From Symbiobacterium thermophilum (GTDB taxonomy: Bacteria > Bacillota > Sulfobacillia > UBA995): a stretch of 64,000 bases of DNA. Position numbers and translations under genes: made by a program. Of this stretch, positions 19,485 through 27,892 are shown in pieces; the first letter of the stretch is position 1; each line of letters opens with the position of its first letter. The notes beneath the pieces were generated by a model. The model did no database searches, had not been told where the DNA came from, and was given only the letters and a program-made list of their open reading frames with translations. The stretch is from NCBI GenBank assembly GCA_020725145.1, contig DYFO01000002.1:7777-71776 (forward strand), given 5' to 3'.

Positions 19485-20657
19485 TCAGCCTCCTCCCGCG
19501 CGGAAGACCACCTCTCCCCGTATGACCGTCGCCACCACTTGCGTCTTGAGCTCGAACGGCGAACCGCTCCAGAGCACGAGGTCGGCCTCTTTCCCGGGCT
19601 CCACGCTGCCCAGGCGGTCGCCCACGCCGCAGATCGCGGCCGCATGCAGCGTGACCGCCCGCAGGGCATCCTGTTCCGCCATCCCTTCCCTGATCACCAT
19701 CGCCGCCACCAGCGGCAGGTGACGGATGGGGATCACGGGATGGTCGGTGCAGAGCGCCACCTTGACCCCGGCTCGGGCCAGGATCCCGGGAGTTGCCAGT
19801 GTACGGTCCTTGAGCTCCACTTTGGTCCGCGAGGTCAGGGACGGCCCTATCACGCAGGGCACCTGTCGGCGTGCCAGCTCCGCCGCGATCTTGTGGCCCT
19901 CGGTGCAGTGCTCAAGCGTTATCGGTATGTCGAACTCCGCGGCGATGCGCAGGGCGGTGAGGATGTCGTCCACGCGATGGGCGTGGATTCTAAGCGGTAT
20001 CTCCCTCCGGAGGACACGGACCACCGCCTCCATACGAAGATCACGTTCGGGTGCCTTGTCCGGGTCGCCGGCGCCTTTTTCGAGCTTCACCAGGTAGTTC
20101 TGGGCCTTCACCAGGGTCTCGCGCAATAACGCGGCCGTGCCCATGCGGGTGGAGGGAAGCTTCTTGAGCTGGCTGTAGACACGCTTGGGATTCTCCCCGA
20201 GCGCCGCCTTCAGACCCGACGGGGCCTTCAGGATCAGCTCCTCGAGGCTCGCGCCAGCGGTGCGGATGGTGGCCCCCTCTCCGCCTACCACGTTGGCGCT
20301 GCCCGGCGAGGACCATACCGCGGTGACCCCGGCGGTTACCGCGTCCTTGAAGCCCTGATCCTCGTGGTTGATGGCGTCGATCGCCCGCAGGTGAGGAGTG
20401 ACGGGCTCGGTGGCCTCGTTGACGTCGTTGCCTTCCCAGCCGAGGCCTTCTTCCCATATCCCCACGTGGGCGTGCGCGTCGATGAAACCGGGGGTGAGCA
20501 CGCAACCCCGCCCCTCGATCACCTCCACACCCTGGTCAGGGCGAAGCCCCTTGCCGACGGAGACGATCTTCCCGTCGCGTATCAGTACATCGGTTTTGTC
20601 GAGTACGCCGTTGCTTGCCGTCCACACCTCAGCCCCGGTTATCAGTAGACCTGCCAC
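19485..20657 (-). CDS. Metal-dependent amidohydrolase superfamily protein
   Basis: 390 aa with TPGFIDAHAHVG (HxH metal motif) and later RIHAH and CTDHPV motifs. The substrate is unknown. Confidence 0.8.
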   Translation of the reverse strand: MAGLLITGAEVWTASNGVLDKTDVLIRDGKIVSVGKGLRPDQGVEVIEGRGCVLTPGFIDAHAHVGIWEEGLGWEGNDVNEATEPVTPHLRAIDAINHEDQGFKDAVTAGVTAVWSSPGSANVVGGEGATIRTAGASLEELILKAPSGLKAALGENPKRVYSQLKKLPSTRMGTAALLRETLVKAQNYLVKLEKGAGDPDKAPERDLRMEAVVRVLRREIPLRIHAHRVDDILTALRIAAEFDIPITLEHCTEGHKIAAELARRQVPCVIGPSLTSRTKVELKDRTLATPGILARAGVKVALCTDHPVIPIRHLPLVAAMVIREGMAEQDALRAVTLHAAAICGVGDRLGSVEPGKEADLVLWSGSPFELKTQVVATVIRGEVVFRAGGG

Positions 20658-20675
20658 GCCGACAACCCTCCTGCC

Positions 20676-21803
20676 TCAGTTGACTTCCATGATCTCCACG
20701 TTGGCGCGTGGCACGGTGATGACGGTGCCGTCTGCAAGTTCTGCCCTGAGCACCCGCACCCTGGCTTCGGTTTCCACGATGGTAAGGTCGGCGGGAAGCT
20801 CGCGGACCACCGCCAGCTTGCCGAAGTGCGGCTCGCGGATCAGCCTAACCAGCGTCCCGGGTTCGAGGCCGGTGGCGGCAGGCGCGCCGACCTGCGTCCC
20901 GGCCGGCCGCGGTTCATGGGGAACGATCACCTCCGGCCGCAGCACCCCCGCCCGTATCTGGGTGGCGCCGTTGACGCACGCCACCTTGCCCTCCATCTCT
21001 CGTAGCAGCTGGAAAGTACGAGGAGCCATCGGCATGGGACCGAAGCCTTCCGTGACCACCAGCGTCACCGCGATGTCCTCGTGTCCGGTGACCGCCACCC
21101 CCAAGTCGTAACCCAGCAGGTCGATGAGGTCCCGATCTATGATGCCGCCCGCGACCAGTGCCGCCACTCCCACCTCGATGGCCCGGGTAATGGCCTCGCC
21201 GGATATCAGGGAACCGCCCACCACGACGCACCCGCGGTCCTTGGGTCCCAGATGGTCGGCCCGGAGTGGGGTCGCCGGATCGTCGACCGCCACCCGTAGG
21301 CGACCGTAGGTTTCTCCTCCCACACCGAAGATCCCCTGTACGAGAGCCCCTATCGTCTCCACCGCCACCCCTTCCCGGGCGAACACCTTGACCACCCGCC
21401 CCGCCAGGTAGGCGTTTACCTCCACGGGAAGCGGGGGCTCGCGCAGCGTTACCTGCCCGGTGACCGGAGAGATCATCTCGATCACTCCGTCCGCCGGCGA
21501 GCGCGCCTCCCTGTGCACGAGGCCCAGAAATGCACTGAAGCTGGCGATGACATCTCCGCGGCTTACGGCATCCCCAACCGCCACCGTCATGTGCGAGGGG
21601 ATTTCCGCCGGCTCCACCCCCAGGATGTTGGCGATGTTCACGGTATGGGGATCCCCGGGAACCTCGGTGCGGGCCACAGGGGTATCCGGGGTCACCGTAT
21701 CGCCCACCTCGACCAGGACTTCCCCCAACAGAGGGAGGCGGCGGATCTTGCGAATGGTCGTTTCCCGGGTCACCTTCAGTCCCGGGGTGTAAGCGTGGGC
21801 CAT
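20676..21803 (-). CDS. Barrel-sandwich-hybrid + KOW-like protein, copy B (uncharacterised)
   Basis: 375 aa. The N-terminus has a lipoyl/RnfC-N-like split motif (GEVLVEVGDTVTPDTPVAR ... GDAVSRGDVIASF ... SPADGVIEMI). The central part reads GGIIDRDL...VTEGFG...NGATQIRAGVLRPEVIVP. The C-terminus is KOW-like (GTLVRLIREPHFGKLAVV). Confidence 0.6.
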   Translation of the reverse strand: MAHAYTPGLKVTRETTIRKIRRLPLLGEVLVEVGDTVTPDTPVARTEVPGDPHTVNIANILGVEPAEIPSHMTVAVGDAVSRGDVIASFSAFLGLVHREARSPADGVIEMISPVTGQVTLREPPLPVEVNAYLAGRVVKVFAREGVAVETIGALVQGIFGVGGETYGRLRVAVDDPATPLRADHLGPKDRGCVVVGGSLISGEAITRAIEVGVAALVAGGIIDRDLIDLLGYDLGVAVTGHEDIAVTLVVTEGFGPMPMAPRTFQLLREMEGKVACVNGATQIRAGVLRPEVIVPHEPRPAGTQVGAPAATGLEPGTLVRLIREPHFGKLAVVRELPADLTIVETEARVRVLRAELADGTVITVPRANVEIMEVN

Positions 21804-21810
21804 CGGCCAC

Positions 21811-23676
21811 TCACTCCCTGGGCAGCGGGCCTGCCAGACGCGTCAGCAGGTCCGCGGGATAGGCATCGACGCACCTGAACCACTCCACCAGCTTGCGTCG
21901 GCGTTGCACGGGGTCCTCGGGCAGGACCAGGGGGCGTCCGCGGCCGTCCAGGATCAACCCGCAGACGCCACCGTGTACCTCGGTCTTGAGCTTTCTACCC
22001 TTGCCGGCCCCCGCATCCATGCCCCAGCCCGGAACGACCTCCACCGTGGCCTTCTCGCCGACGCCCAGCGGCAGGACCCGCAGCTGCCCGGCCAATACCT
22101 CCTCCTCGACCTCGCCGGCGCCGGGCAGTGTCCCCTTGAGGGTGAAGGCGCGTTCTCCCGGGCGTCCGTTGCCCACGGGAGAGATCGCCGTGCCCAGGTG
22201 GACCAAGCAGTCGCGTTCGAACACCTGGGCGGCCGGCTCGGGACTGACCGTCCACAGCACCCCGAGCTGTGGCATCATGAAGATGCTGTCGACCGCCAGA
22301 CGGGTGACCCCTTCCGGCTGGAAGGCATCCAGCAACATCAGCGCCGCCTGCATACGCCGTGGAGCGTGCGAAAGCGCGCCTCCGGAGCCGACGAGGATCC
22401 CAAGTTCCATGAGGTCGATGTGGGTCTGTCCGGTAGCCTCTTGATCGAAGGTCTCGCCCATGTGGCGCAGGCGCTGAATCCCTTTGAGACCTCGGGCCAG
22501 GGTCTTGTGGTGTTCCATCGCCAGGCGCAGCGCTTCGCGCGCCAGCGCCTGCTCGATCAGGAGCTCCTCCAGGGTCTGGGGGATGGTGGTGGGCCGGATC
22601 ATCTTGTTGCGAATACGGTTCTTCAGGTCGACGGGGTCGACGGAGATGGGAAGCCAGCGCATCACGTTCTCCAAGCCCGCCTCCAGCAGGACGTTGGAGA
22701 TGCTGTAGCTCATTCCGAGGTTAGCGCTGACCGTCCGGACGAACAGCTCCTGCTCGGGGCCGAAGACCGAGAAGACGTCGGTGGTCGCCCCTCCGATATC
22801 CACACCGATGACGCTGGTGCGGTAGAGCTTGGCCACGTTCTGCATCCCCAGCCCGACCGCACCGGGCGTGGGCATGATGGGGGCGCTCGCCCAGGACATG
22901 AGGGTGGCATAACCGGGCGCCTGTGCCATCACGTGCTCCAGGAACAACCGGTGGATCTCCTCACGTGCCGGCCCGAGCTCCTCGCGTTCCATGACCGGAC
23001 GGAGGTTCTCCACCACCCGGAGGTCGGACAGTCCTCCCAGTACCTTGCGTACATGGTCGCGAGCCTTGACGTTGCCGGCAAAGATAACCGGCAGCTTGAA
23101 CGAGGTTCCCAGACGTGGACGTGGCTGGGCGGCGGCGATCAGCTCCGCCACCTGAGCGACGTGAGAAATGGTGCCACCGTCTACCCCCCCCGACAGCAGG
23201 ATCATGTCGGGGCGCAGGTCGCGGATGCGCCGGATCTTCTCGTGCGGTCGCCGGCCGTCGTCGATGGCGATGACGTCCATCACTATGGCGCCGGCGCCCA
23301 GCGCCGCGCGCTGCGCGCTCTCGGCGGTCATGGTCTTGATTACGCCGGCGACCATCATCTGCAGTCCTCCACCGGCGCTTGAGGTGGACAGGAAGAGGTC
23401 GGTTCCCGTTCCGTCGGCACTCCGGGGACAAAGCACGCCTTGTTGCCCGAGCAGCTTCCTCCCGGTAAGCTCCTCGAGCTCTCTAACCGCATTTCGCACG
23501 CCCAAGGTGACGTCTTCGAAAGGCGCTTCCACCGTGGTAGGGGCCTCGCCGCGGGCAACCAGCCGGTAGCCGCCACTTTGCCGCTCGATCAGGATGGCTT
23601 TGGTGGTGGTGCTGCCGCAGTCGGTGGCCAGGATGGAGTTGACCGGCCCCCAATTGCCGGTCTTGCCGTCAGCCAA
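21811..23676 (-). CDS. GlmL/MutL-like actin-fold (ASKHA) ATPase, copy B
   Basis: 621 aa with phosphate-1 ILATDCGSTTTKA and phosphate-2 IGVDIGGATTDVFS. Overall it resembles the glutamate-mutase-L family but is about 150 aa longer, with a C-terminal beta-rich extension. TTG start with RBS AAGGGGGAAGG. Confidence 0.75.
   Translation of the reverse strand: MADGKTGNWGPVNSILATDCGSTTTKAILIERQSGGYRLVARGEAPTTVEAPFEDVTLGVRNAVRELEELTGRKLLGQQGVLCPRSADGTGTDLFLSTSSAGGGLQMMVAGVIKTMTAESAQRAALGAGAIVMDVIAIDDGRRPHEKIRRIRDLRPDMILLSGGVDGGTISHVAQVAELIAAAQPRPRLGTSFKLPVIFAGNVKARDHVRKVLGGLSDLRVVENLRPVMEREELGPAREEIHRLFLEHVMAQAPGYATLMSWASAPIMPTPGAVGLGMQNVAKLYRTSVIGVDIGGATTDVFSVFGPEQELFVRTVSANLGMSYSISNVLLEAGLENVMRWLPISVDPVDLKNRIRNKMIRPTTIPQTLEELLIEQALAREALRLAMEHHKTLARGLKGIQRLRHMGETFDQEATGQTHIDLMELGILVGSGGALSHAPRRMQAALMLLDAFQPEGVTRLAVDSIFMMPQLGVLWTVSPEPAAQVFERDCLVHLGTAISPVGNGRPGERAFTLKGTLPGAGEVEEEVLAGQLRVLPLGVGEKATVEVVPGWGMDAGAGKGRKLKTEVHGGVCGLILDGRGRPLVLPEDPVQRRRKLVEWFRCVDAYPADLLTRLAGPLPRE
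22271..22375. repeat. DNA-level conserved segment shared by the two GlmL-like genes (partner at 26406-26510)
   Basis: Hand alignment gives about 85% identity over ~110 nt (ggcatcatgaagatgctgtc...gcgccgcctg...). It encodes ...QAALMLLDAFQPEGVT.LAVDSIFMMP.LGVL. Confidence 0.7.
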
Positions 23677-23791
23677 AGGCCTTCCCCCTTAATGCTGGAT
23701 TGTTGCCGTGTCATCCGAAGGCTCAAGGTTCGCGCCGGCGGGGCCAAAACCTTCCCGGCCCACGGTCGGCGGTGGAAGAACCGGCTGGGGC

Positions 23792-24184
23792 CTACGAGCC
23801 GTCTTCCGGAGTATGGCCGGATCGTCCAAAGAGCCGGCTCCAGATGCCGCGCCATCCCCGCGGGTGTGGCGGGCCAGGAGGCCTGCCGGCCCGTTCGGTG
23901 TCCAGTCGCTCCTGGAGACGCTCGATCAAAAGGTCGAGGTTTTCCCTGTTCTCAAGGAGAAAGGCGATCTCGTCCACGCGCTTGGGGTCCCAGATGGCGC
24001 CGAGCACCGGAGAGAAGAAATGCACCGCCTGACTCCCTACGAAGCTCAGCGGGCGGTGGGCCTCGATCATGAGTATGGCCGGAGTGAGCAGACCGCCCCG
24101 GGCCGCACGCTCCACGATCCAGTCGATCAGCTCGTCCCGTCGCTCGGGTGTCAGTTCGTCGCCAGCGTCTGCTCGAGTGGGCAA
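23792..24184 (-). CDS. Small uncharacterised protein, copy B (paralogue of 24255-24575)
   Basis: 130 aa. IDWIVERAARGGLLTPAILMIEAHRPLSFVGSQAVHFFSPVLGAIW...LLENRENLDLLIERLQE aligns by eye with the neighbouring 106-aa protein. Confidence 0.6.
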   Translation of the reverse strand: MPTRADAGDELTPERRDELIDWIVERAARGGLLTPAILMIEAHRPLSFVGSQAVHFFSPVLGAIWDPKRVDEIAFLLENRENLDLLIERLQERLDTERAGRPPGPPHPRGWRGIWSRLFGRSGHTPEDGS

Positions 24185-24254
24185 CTGCCGTTCCTCCGTC
24201 CGGGAGCCTGATGCTCCAGGTCTTCGGCGGCGTCGAGGGTGTATCCTGCCCCGG

Positions 24255-24575
24255 TCACCGCCCTGCTTCCTGTTCCAGCCGGCTCAGCAGACGGTCAAGG
24301 TTTTGCCTGTCTTCCAGGAGACAGGCCACCCGCGCAAGGTAGGCTTCGTCAAGACCGGGCCGCACAAGGCAGGTGATCGTGGCCATGAGCGGACCGAATG
24401 CGTGCAGCCACTGCGCGGCAAAGAAGCCGAGTGGCCGACAGGCCTCGCCCAACAGCAGGGCCGGAACCGCCAGGCCTCGCGTGCGGACCGTATCGGCGAT
24501 CTGCTCGATGAGATCGTCGATTCTCGGGTCTGACAGGTGTCTTCCTCCGGCGACGGTGGTTTTCCGTCCCAGCAT
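24255..24575 (-). CDS. Small uncharacterised protein, copy A
   Basis: 106 aa. IEQIADTVRTRGLAVPALLLGEACRPLGFFAAQWLHAFGPLMATI...LLEDRQNLDRLLSRLEQE. It has a hydrophobic helical-hairpin-like core flanked by charged helices. Confidence 0.6.
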   Translation of the reverse strand: MLGRKTTVAGGRHLSDPRIDDLIEQIADTVRTRGLAVPALLLGEACRPLGFFAAQWLHAFGPLMATITCLVRPGLDEAYLARVACLLEDRQNLDRLLSRLEQEAGR

Positions 24576-24602
24576 GCACCCTCGACCCGCGGTCTATGCG
24601 CC

Positions 24603-25928
24603 CTAAAAGAGCTCCACGTTCGCTCGGGGCACCACCACCGTCGTCCTGTCCTCAAGCACGACCTCCGCGACCGGTACGCGGGCCTCGGTGGGCAGCTCAT
24701 ATGGCTGTGCCGGGATCGCCGCCACTACTCCGATGTGCCCGAAGTAGGGATCGTTCACGATGCGCACGCGCTGCCCCGGGGCCAGCTCCTCGTCGACCGT
24801 GGTTTCGGCGACGAGATCCCCCTCCCAGCCGGGGAACGGCACGATCACCTCGGGGCGGATAGCCCCTGCCCGGATCTGGGTGGCGCCGTTGATGCACGCA
24901 AGCCGGCCGTCGAGCGAACGCAAGGTACCGAACGCGGTCTCGCGCATGGCGAGCTCGCCGAAGCCCTCCATGAGGATCAGGGTCAGCGGGATATCCTCCT
25001 GTCCGGTTATGCCCACTCCTACCTTGATACCCAACGTTTCCACCACGTCCAGGTAGGCCGCGGTGGCGCCGATCAATCCCCTCACCCCACAGTCCAACGC
25101 CCGTCGCAGGGCCTCGCGGGTGATGGGCCCACCGGCCACCAGGATTCGTCCCTCATCCTCGGGAGAAATGGCATCAGGGCCGAGCGTGCCGTCGGTCACC
25201 ACCTTGAGCGGCCCGTGCCCCTCTCTTCCGACCCCGAAGACCCCGGTCAGTTTCACCCCGGGGCTCTGGACTACCGCGCCCCGACCGGGCAAGATCTCGG
25301 CCACCACCCCGTTGAGGTAGGCGCGGGTGACCACCTCCTTGAAGGGACGGGAGATGGTGACGTACCCGGTCTGGGTGTTGATCTCGGTGATCACTCCCGA
25401 GATGGGAGCCAGCGCCGTCTTGGTGAAGAAGGCCTGCGTCTCTCCCTTCTTCGCCACCACCTGGCCCCGCTTGACCTCATGTCCGATGCTCTTCATCATG
25501 TTCTTCATGAGGTCGCGGGGCTTGCAGCCGATCTCGAAAGCCACATCGAAGCTGACGGGCGGCTCCTCCTTGCCGAACTCCTCGCGGATGATCACCCTGC
25601 CCGAGCGTGCGGAGATCTCCTCGATCACGCCGTCGGTCGGTGAGGCATACTCCTTGCGGCCGTACAGGCCTCTTTCCGCCACCGCGATGATCTCGCGCAG
25701 CTTGACGCGGTCACCCACCTGGCGACGCATGGCCTGGGGCAGCAGGTCGGGTTCGATACCCAGGAGCCTCGCCACCGGAAGAACCCAGGGTATGCCGGGC
25801 TTGAGATCGATTCGGGCCACCACCGTGTCCGGTTGCACCCTTTGGCCCGGTTGAACCAGCACCTCACCCGGAAGCGGCAACTTGCGGACCTTTCTTATGA
25901 GACTGACCCGGAAGGTGGCCTCACTCAC
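24603..25928 (-). CDS. Barrel-sandwich-hybrid + KOW-like protein, copy A (with an extra inserted lipoyl-like segment)
   Basis: The track ORF runs to 26018. The likely start is GTG at 25928, overlapping the upstream stop as GTGA (VSEATFRVSLIRKVRKLPLPGEVLVQPGQRV...). It shares NGATQIRAGAIRPEVIVP and the KOW-like GQRVRIVNDPYFGHIGVV with copy B, and has about 65 extra residues (GHEVKRGQVVAKK...PISGVITEI). Confidence 0.6.
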   Translation of the reverse strand: MSEATFRVSLIRKVRKLPLPGEVLVQPGQRVQPDTVVARIDLKPGIPWVLPVARLLGIEPDLLPQAMRRQVGDRVKLREIIAVAERGLYGRKEYASPTDGVIEEISARSGRVIIREEFGKEEPPVSFDVAFEIGCKPRDLMKNMMKSIGHEVKRGQVVAKKGETQAFFTKTALAPISGVITEINTQTGYVTISRPFKEVVTRAYLNGVVAEILPGRGAVVQSPGVKLTGVFGVGREGHGPLKVVTDGTLGPDAISPEDEGRILVAGGPITREALRRALDCGVRGLIGATAAYLDVVETLGIKVGVGITGQEDIPLTLILMEGFGELAMRETAFGTLRSLDGRLACINGATQIRAGAIRPEVIVPFPGWEGDLVAETTVDEELAPGQRVRIVNDPYFGHIGVVAAIPAQPYELPTEARVPVAEVVLEDRTTVVVPRANVELF

Positions 25929-27787
25929 CGGAGTCCGCCCCCTTTCCCCCGCAGCGGGCTGTCCTGGACGAACCTCTGCAGGGCTTCCGTCGGGTAGGCG
26001 TCCAGTCTTTGCATCCATTCCAGCAGCTTGAGCCGTCGCTTGCGGTCATCCCCCGGAAGCTCGATCGGGCGGCCCCGGGCATCCACGATCACCCCTACCA
26101 GCCCTCCGGACAGCTCGGTGACCAGCGGCCGACCCCGCCCCGCCCCCACGTCGAAGCCACCGGCCGGCAGGATCTCCGCCCGTGCCGTCTGCCCCGCGTC
26201 CAGCGGCAGGCGCACCAGTTCGCCGAAGGTCACCCGGGCTTCCTCGGTCCTGCCGTCCGGGAGGTGGAGCCGCACGGTAGCCACGAGCTGGCCCTCACGT
26301 CCGCGACCCACCGGGGCGATGCAGGTGCCCAGACGCACCAGGCAGTCCAGGTCAAACACCTCGGCGGCGATCTCGGGGTAGGCGGTGGAGAGCACACCCA
26401 GGTGCGGCATCATGAAGATGCTGTCCACCGCGAGCTGGGTCACCCCTTCGGGCTGGAAGGCGTCCAGCAGCATCAGCGCCGCCTGTGACCGCCGCGGGGC
26501 GTGCGACAGCACGCCACCGCTGCCGACCAGCATCCCAATACGCTTGAGGTCGATAACCTCTTCGCCAGCCGACTTAAAGATCTTCTGCTGCGTGCGCCAG
26601 CCGGCCGCGACCTCTTCCTTCTCGACCTTGCGGGCAAGGCTCTTGTGGTGCTGAAAGGACAGCCGCAGTGCCTCGCGGGCCAAAGCCTGCTCCAGCACGA
26701 GGCAGGAGAGGGTTTGCGGCAGCGTGGTGGGTCGCACCATCTTGTTGGCCACCCAGTCGGAGAAAGCGTGCCCGTCGACCTCGAAGGGGATCCAACGCAG
26801 TATGTTGGCGATCCCTGCCTCTTCCAGCACGTTGCAGATGCTGTAGCTCATGCCGAGATTGGCGCTTACCGTCCGGGTGAAGGTACCGTCGAAGTTGGAG
26901 AAGACGTCGGTGGTCGCGCCGCCGATGTCTACCCCAATGATGTTGGTCCGGTACCGTTCGGCCATCACCATGATGATGCGGCCCACCGCGCCCGGCGTCG
27001 GCATGATGGTCACGTCAACCCACTCCATGAGCTCGGCATATCCGGGGGCCTGGGCCATCACGTGGTTCATGAACAGGTCGTGGATCGCCTCGCGGGCGGG
27101 GCCCAGGTTCTCCACGTCGTGGCGGGGGCGCAGGTTTTCCACCACGTGCACGTCGAGCGTGGCCCCGGCGATCGCCTCGACGAGATCCACCGCGTCGCGG
27201 TTTCCGGCGTACACCAGTGGCAGCTTGTAGGTGGCCCCAAAGCGCGGCTGGGGGCTGGCCTGCACGATGGTCTCGGCGATAGCCGCCAGGTGGGTCACCG
27301 AGCCGCCGTCCACCCCGCCGGACATCAGGATGATGTCGGGTCTGAGTTCGGTGATGCGGGTGATCTGCTCCGACGTCGAGCGCCCGTCATCGACCGCTAT
27401 CACGTCCAGCACCACCGACCCCGCTCCCAGCGCCGCGCGGTGGGCGCTGGAAGCGCTGACCGTGCTGACCAGTCCGGCGACCATCATCTGCAGGCCACCA
27501 CCGGCGCTGGAGGTGGACACGTAGTAATCTACCCCGTCCTTGCCCTTCCGCGGACGCAAGAGCCTGCCCTCGGGAGTCAACAGGCGCCGCCCGCTGAGCT
27601 CCTCGAGGCGACGGATGGCCTTACGTACGCCGATCATCACGTTTTCCCAGGGAGCTTCCACGGTAGTGGGCATCTCCCCGCGGAAGGTCAGGCGGTAGTG
27701 GCCGTCCCGTTTCTCGATGAGCAGGGCTTTGGTGGTCGTGCTTCCCACGTCGGTTGCCAGGATGGTCTCTGGCGTTTTGTGGTCCAC
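25925..27787 (-). CDS. GlmL/MutL-like actin-fold (ASKHA) ATPase, copy A
   Basis: 620 aa with ILATDVGSTTTKA and IGVDIGGATTDVFS. About half of the residues are identical to copy B by eye along the full length. GTG start. Confidence 0.75.
   Translation of the reverse strand: MDHKTPETILATDVGSTTTKALLIEKRDGHYRLTFRGEMPTTVEAPWENVMIGVRKAIRRLEELSGRRLLTPEGRLLRPRKGKDGVDYYVSTSSAGGGLQMMVAGLVSTVSASSAHRAALGAGSVVLDVIAVDDGRSTSEQITRITELRPDIILMSGGVDGGSVTHLAAIAETIVQASPQPRFGATYKLPLVYAGNRDAVDLVEAIAGATLDVHVVENLRPRHDVENLGPAREAIHDLFMNHVMAQAPGYAELMEWVDVTIMPTPGAVGRIIMVMAERYRTNIIGVDIGGATTDVFSNFDGTFTRTVSANLGMSYSICNVLEEAGIANILRWIPFEVDGHAFSDWVANKMVRPTTLPQTLSCLVLEQALAREALRLSFQHHKSLARKVEKEEVAAGWRTQQKIFKSAGEEVIDLKRIGMLVGSGGVLSHAPRRSQAALMLLDAFQPEGVTQLAVDSIFMMPHLGVLSTAYPEIAAEVFDLDCLVRLGTCIAPVGRGREGQLVATVRLHLPDGRTEEARVTFGELVRLPLDAGQTARAEILPAGGFDVGAGRGRPLVTELSGGLVGVIVDARGRPIELPGDDRKRRLKLLEWMQRLDAYPTEALQRFVQDSPLRGKGGGLR
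26406..26510. repeat. DNA-level conserved segment shared by the two GlmL-like genes (partner at 22271-22375)
   Basis: See the partner entry; about 85% identity by hand alignment. Confidence 0.7.
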
Positions 27788-27828
27788 TGCCTCACGGTTC
27801 CCCCTCCGGCCGCATGCCCTGGTTTGAA

Positions 27829-27860
27829 GGGAAGCCCACCCCGCCGGGAGTGGGCTTCCC
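27829..27860 (-). other. Strong intergenic stem-loop between the membrane-gene block and the ATPase block
   Basis: GGGAAGCCCAC-(10 nt)-GTGGGCTTCCC, an 11-bp perfect stem in the 105-nt gap. No U-tract follows on the minus strand, so it is not a canonical terminator. Confidence 0.5.
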
Positions 27861-27892
27861 CTGCAATCAGACTATCTCCCAACCGAACCGCC

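Noticed and set aside
21811-27787. The GlmL-like pair as reactivases for lysine-pathway aminomutases, given kamA at 61-62 kb.
   Set aside because: KamA is a radical-SAM/PLP enzyme, not a cobalamin enzyme. It lies about 35 kb away, and no kamD/kamE or other B12 mutase is present in the window.
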